In this document: piece by piece, positions 17,990-20,000 of the stretch
Numbering within the stretch: the stretch's first letter is position 1
Layout: the number at the start of each line of letters is the position of its first letter
Source: Chiloscyllium plagiosum
Lineage: Eukaryota
Assembly: GCF_004010195.1 (NCBI RefSeq)
Contig: NC_057750.1
Span: 6,969,165-6,989,164, forward strand
Length of the DNA stretch: 20,000 bases
Direction of reading: 5' to 3'
Program-made: the position numbers and the translations under genes
The notes under the pieces: generated by a model
What the model was told of the DNA's origin: nothing
Database searches by the model: none
What the model saw: only the letters and a program-made list of their open reading frames with translations

Positions 17990-20000
17990 TCTAGGAGGGG
18001 CCTGGGTGTGTCATTGGTTATAGGTGGTACCTGGGTGTGTCAATGTTTATAGGTGGTACCTGGGTGTGTCAGTGTTTATAGGGGGTCCCAGGGTGTGTCA
18101 GTGTTTATAGGAGGTGCCTGGGTGTGTCAGTGTTTTTAGGCGATACCAGGGTGTGTCAGTGTTTATAGGAGGTCCCAGAGTGTGTCAATGTTTATAGGAG
18201 GTGTCTAGGTGTGTCAGTATTTATAGGAGATACCAGGGTGTGTCAGTGTTTATAGGAGGTGCCTGGGTGTGTCAGTGTTTATAGGGGTCCCAGCGTTTGT
18301 CAGTGTTTATAGGAGGTGCCTGGGTGGGTCAGTATTTATAGGAGGTCCCAGGTATGTCAGCGTTTATACGGGGTTCCAGGGTGTGTTAGTGTTTATACGG
18401 GGTCCCAGGGTGTGTCAGTGTTTACAGGGGGTCCCAGGGTGTGTCAGTGTTTATAGGAGGTCCCAGGGTGTGTCAGTGTTTGTACGAGGTTTCTGGGTAT
18501 GTCCGTGTTTATAGGAGGTGCCTGGGTGTGTCAGTGTTTAAATGAGATCCCAGGGTGTGTCAGTGTTTGTAGGAGGTGCCTGGGTGTGTCAGTGTTTATA
18601 GGAGGTGCCTGGGTGTGTCAGTGTTTAAATGAGATCCCAGGGTGTGTCAGTGTTTGTCGGTCAGTGTTTATCGGAGGTGCCTGGGTGGGTCAGTATTTAT
18701 AGGAGGTCCCAGGGTGTGTCAGTGTTTATACGGGGTCCCAGGATGTGTTAGTGTTTATAGGGGGTCCCAGGGTGTGTCAGTGTTTATAGGAGGTCCCAGG
18801 GCGTGTCAGTGTTTATACGAGGTTCCTGGGTATGTCAGTGTTTATAGGAGGTGCCTGGGTGTGTCAGTGTTTAAATGAGATCCCAGGGTGTGTCAGTGTT
18901 TGTCGGAGGTGCCTGGGTGTGTCAGTGTTAATAAGAGGTCCTAGGGTTTGTCAGTATTATTAGGAGGTGCCTGGGTGTGTTCAGTGTTCATAGAAGGTGC
19001 CTGGGTGTGTCAGTGTTAATAGGAGGTGCCTGGGTGTGTAAGTGTTTATAGGAGGTGCCTGAGTGTGTAAGTGTTTATAGGAGGTCCCCGCGTGTGTCAG
19101 TGTTTATAGGAGGTGCCTGGATGTGTCAGTGTTTAAATGAGATCCTAGGGTGTGTCAGTGTTTATAGGAGGTGCCAGGGTGTGTCAGTATTTGTGGGAGG
19201 TCCCAGGGTGTGTTGGTATTATTCGGTGCTGCCTGGGTGTGTTAGTGTTTATAGGAGGTCCCAAGGTGTGTTAGTGTTTATAGGACATCCCAGGGTGTGC
19301 CAGTGTTTATAAGGGGTCCCAGGCTGTGTCAGTGTTTATAGGAGGTGGCTGGCTGTGTCAGTATTTGTGGGAGGTCTCAGGGTGTGTCGATATTATTAGG
19401 TGGTGCCTGGGTGTGTCAGTGTTTATTGGAGGTACCAGGATGTGTCAGTGTTTATCGGAGGTCCCTGGGTGTGTCAGTGTTTATAGGAGGTGCCTGGGTG
19501 TGTCAGTATTTGTGGGAGGTCCCAGGGTGTGTTGGTATTATTCGGTGCTGCCTGGGTGTGTTAGTGTTTATAGGAGGTCCCAAGGTGTGTTAATGTTTAT
19601 AGGACATCCCAGGGTGTGCCAGTGTTTATAAGGGGTCCCAGGCTGTGTCAGTGTTTATAGGAGGTGGCTGGCTGTGTCAGTATTTGTGGGAGGTCTCAGG
19701 GTGTGTCGATATTATTAGGTGGTGCCTGGGTGTGTCAGTGTTTATTGGAGGTACCAGGATGTGTCAGTGTTTATCGGAGGTCCCTGGGTGTGTCAGTGTT
19801 TATAGGAGGTGCCTGGGTGTGTCAGTGTTTGTAGGATGTGCCAGGGTGTGTCAGTGTTTATAGGAGGTCCCAGCATGTGTCAGTGTTTATAGGAGGTGCC
19901 TGGGTGTGTCAGTGTTTGTAGGATGTGCCAGGGTGTGTCAGTGTTTATAGGAGGTCCCAGCATGTGTCAGTGTTTATAGGAGGTGCCTGGGTGTGTCAGT
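17990..20000. repeat. 29-bp minisatellite/satellite, about 69 copies, continuing past the window end
   Basis: Unit GTGTGTCAGTGTTTATAGGAGGT(GCCT/CCCA)GG, period 29, with strong G+T bias on the plus strand. Confidence 0.97.

Noticed and set aside
18269..19863. Cys/Val/Gly-rich ORFs in the 29-mer array
   Set aside because: These are translations of the G+T-biased satellite cycling through three frames.
17058..20000. CRISPR-like array
   Set aside because: Units are head-to-tail with no unique spacers, and the context is a vertebrate genome.

Overview
Repeat-rich eukaryotic DNA, almost certainly from a cartilaginous fish (shark): it carries HE1-type V-SINEs, HER1/CR1 LINE 3' ends, a Deu-domain SINE, Penelope-like elements and a Rex1/Babar fragment. 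The element families were recognised from memory, not by database search. Much of 1-15600 is truncated retroelements, including two solo LTRs (1356-1984 with a perfect 4-bp TSD, and 11449-12146 with two nested insertions). From about 16645 to the window end is a family of related tandem repeats: degenerate ~29-mers, a homogeneous 51-mer array, then a 29-mer array with 87-bp and 319-bp higher-order duplications. No intact long gene is present, and most ORF-track entries are repeat artefacts. The unique DNA holds three things worth testing. (1) Three phase-compatible plus-strand exon candidates (9828-9892, 13971-14101, 15757-15799) splice into a short C-terminal tail with two ITIM-like tyrosine motifs. 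(2) An ungapped 152-bp element is present twice (14122-14273 and 16021-16172, 87% identical), one copy after each of the two possible stop codons. (3) An H/ACA-like double hairpin lies at 5131-5277. All three are predictions from manual reading and need RNA or homology support.
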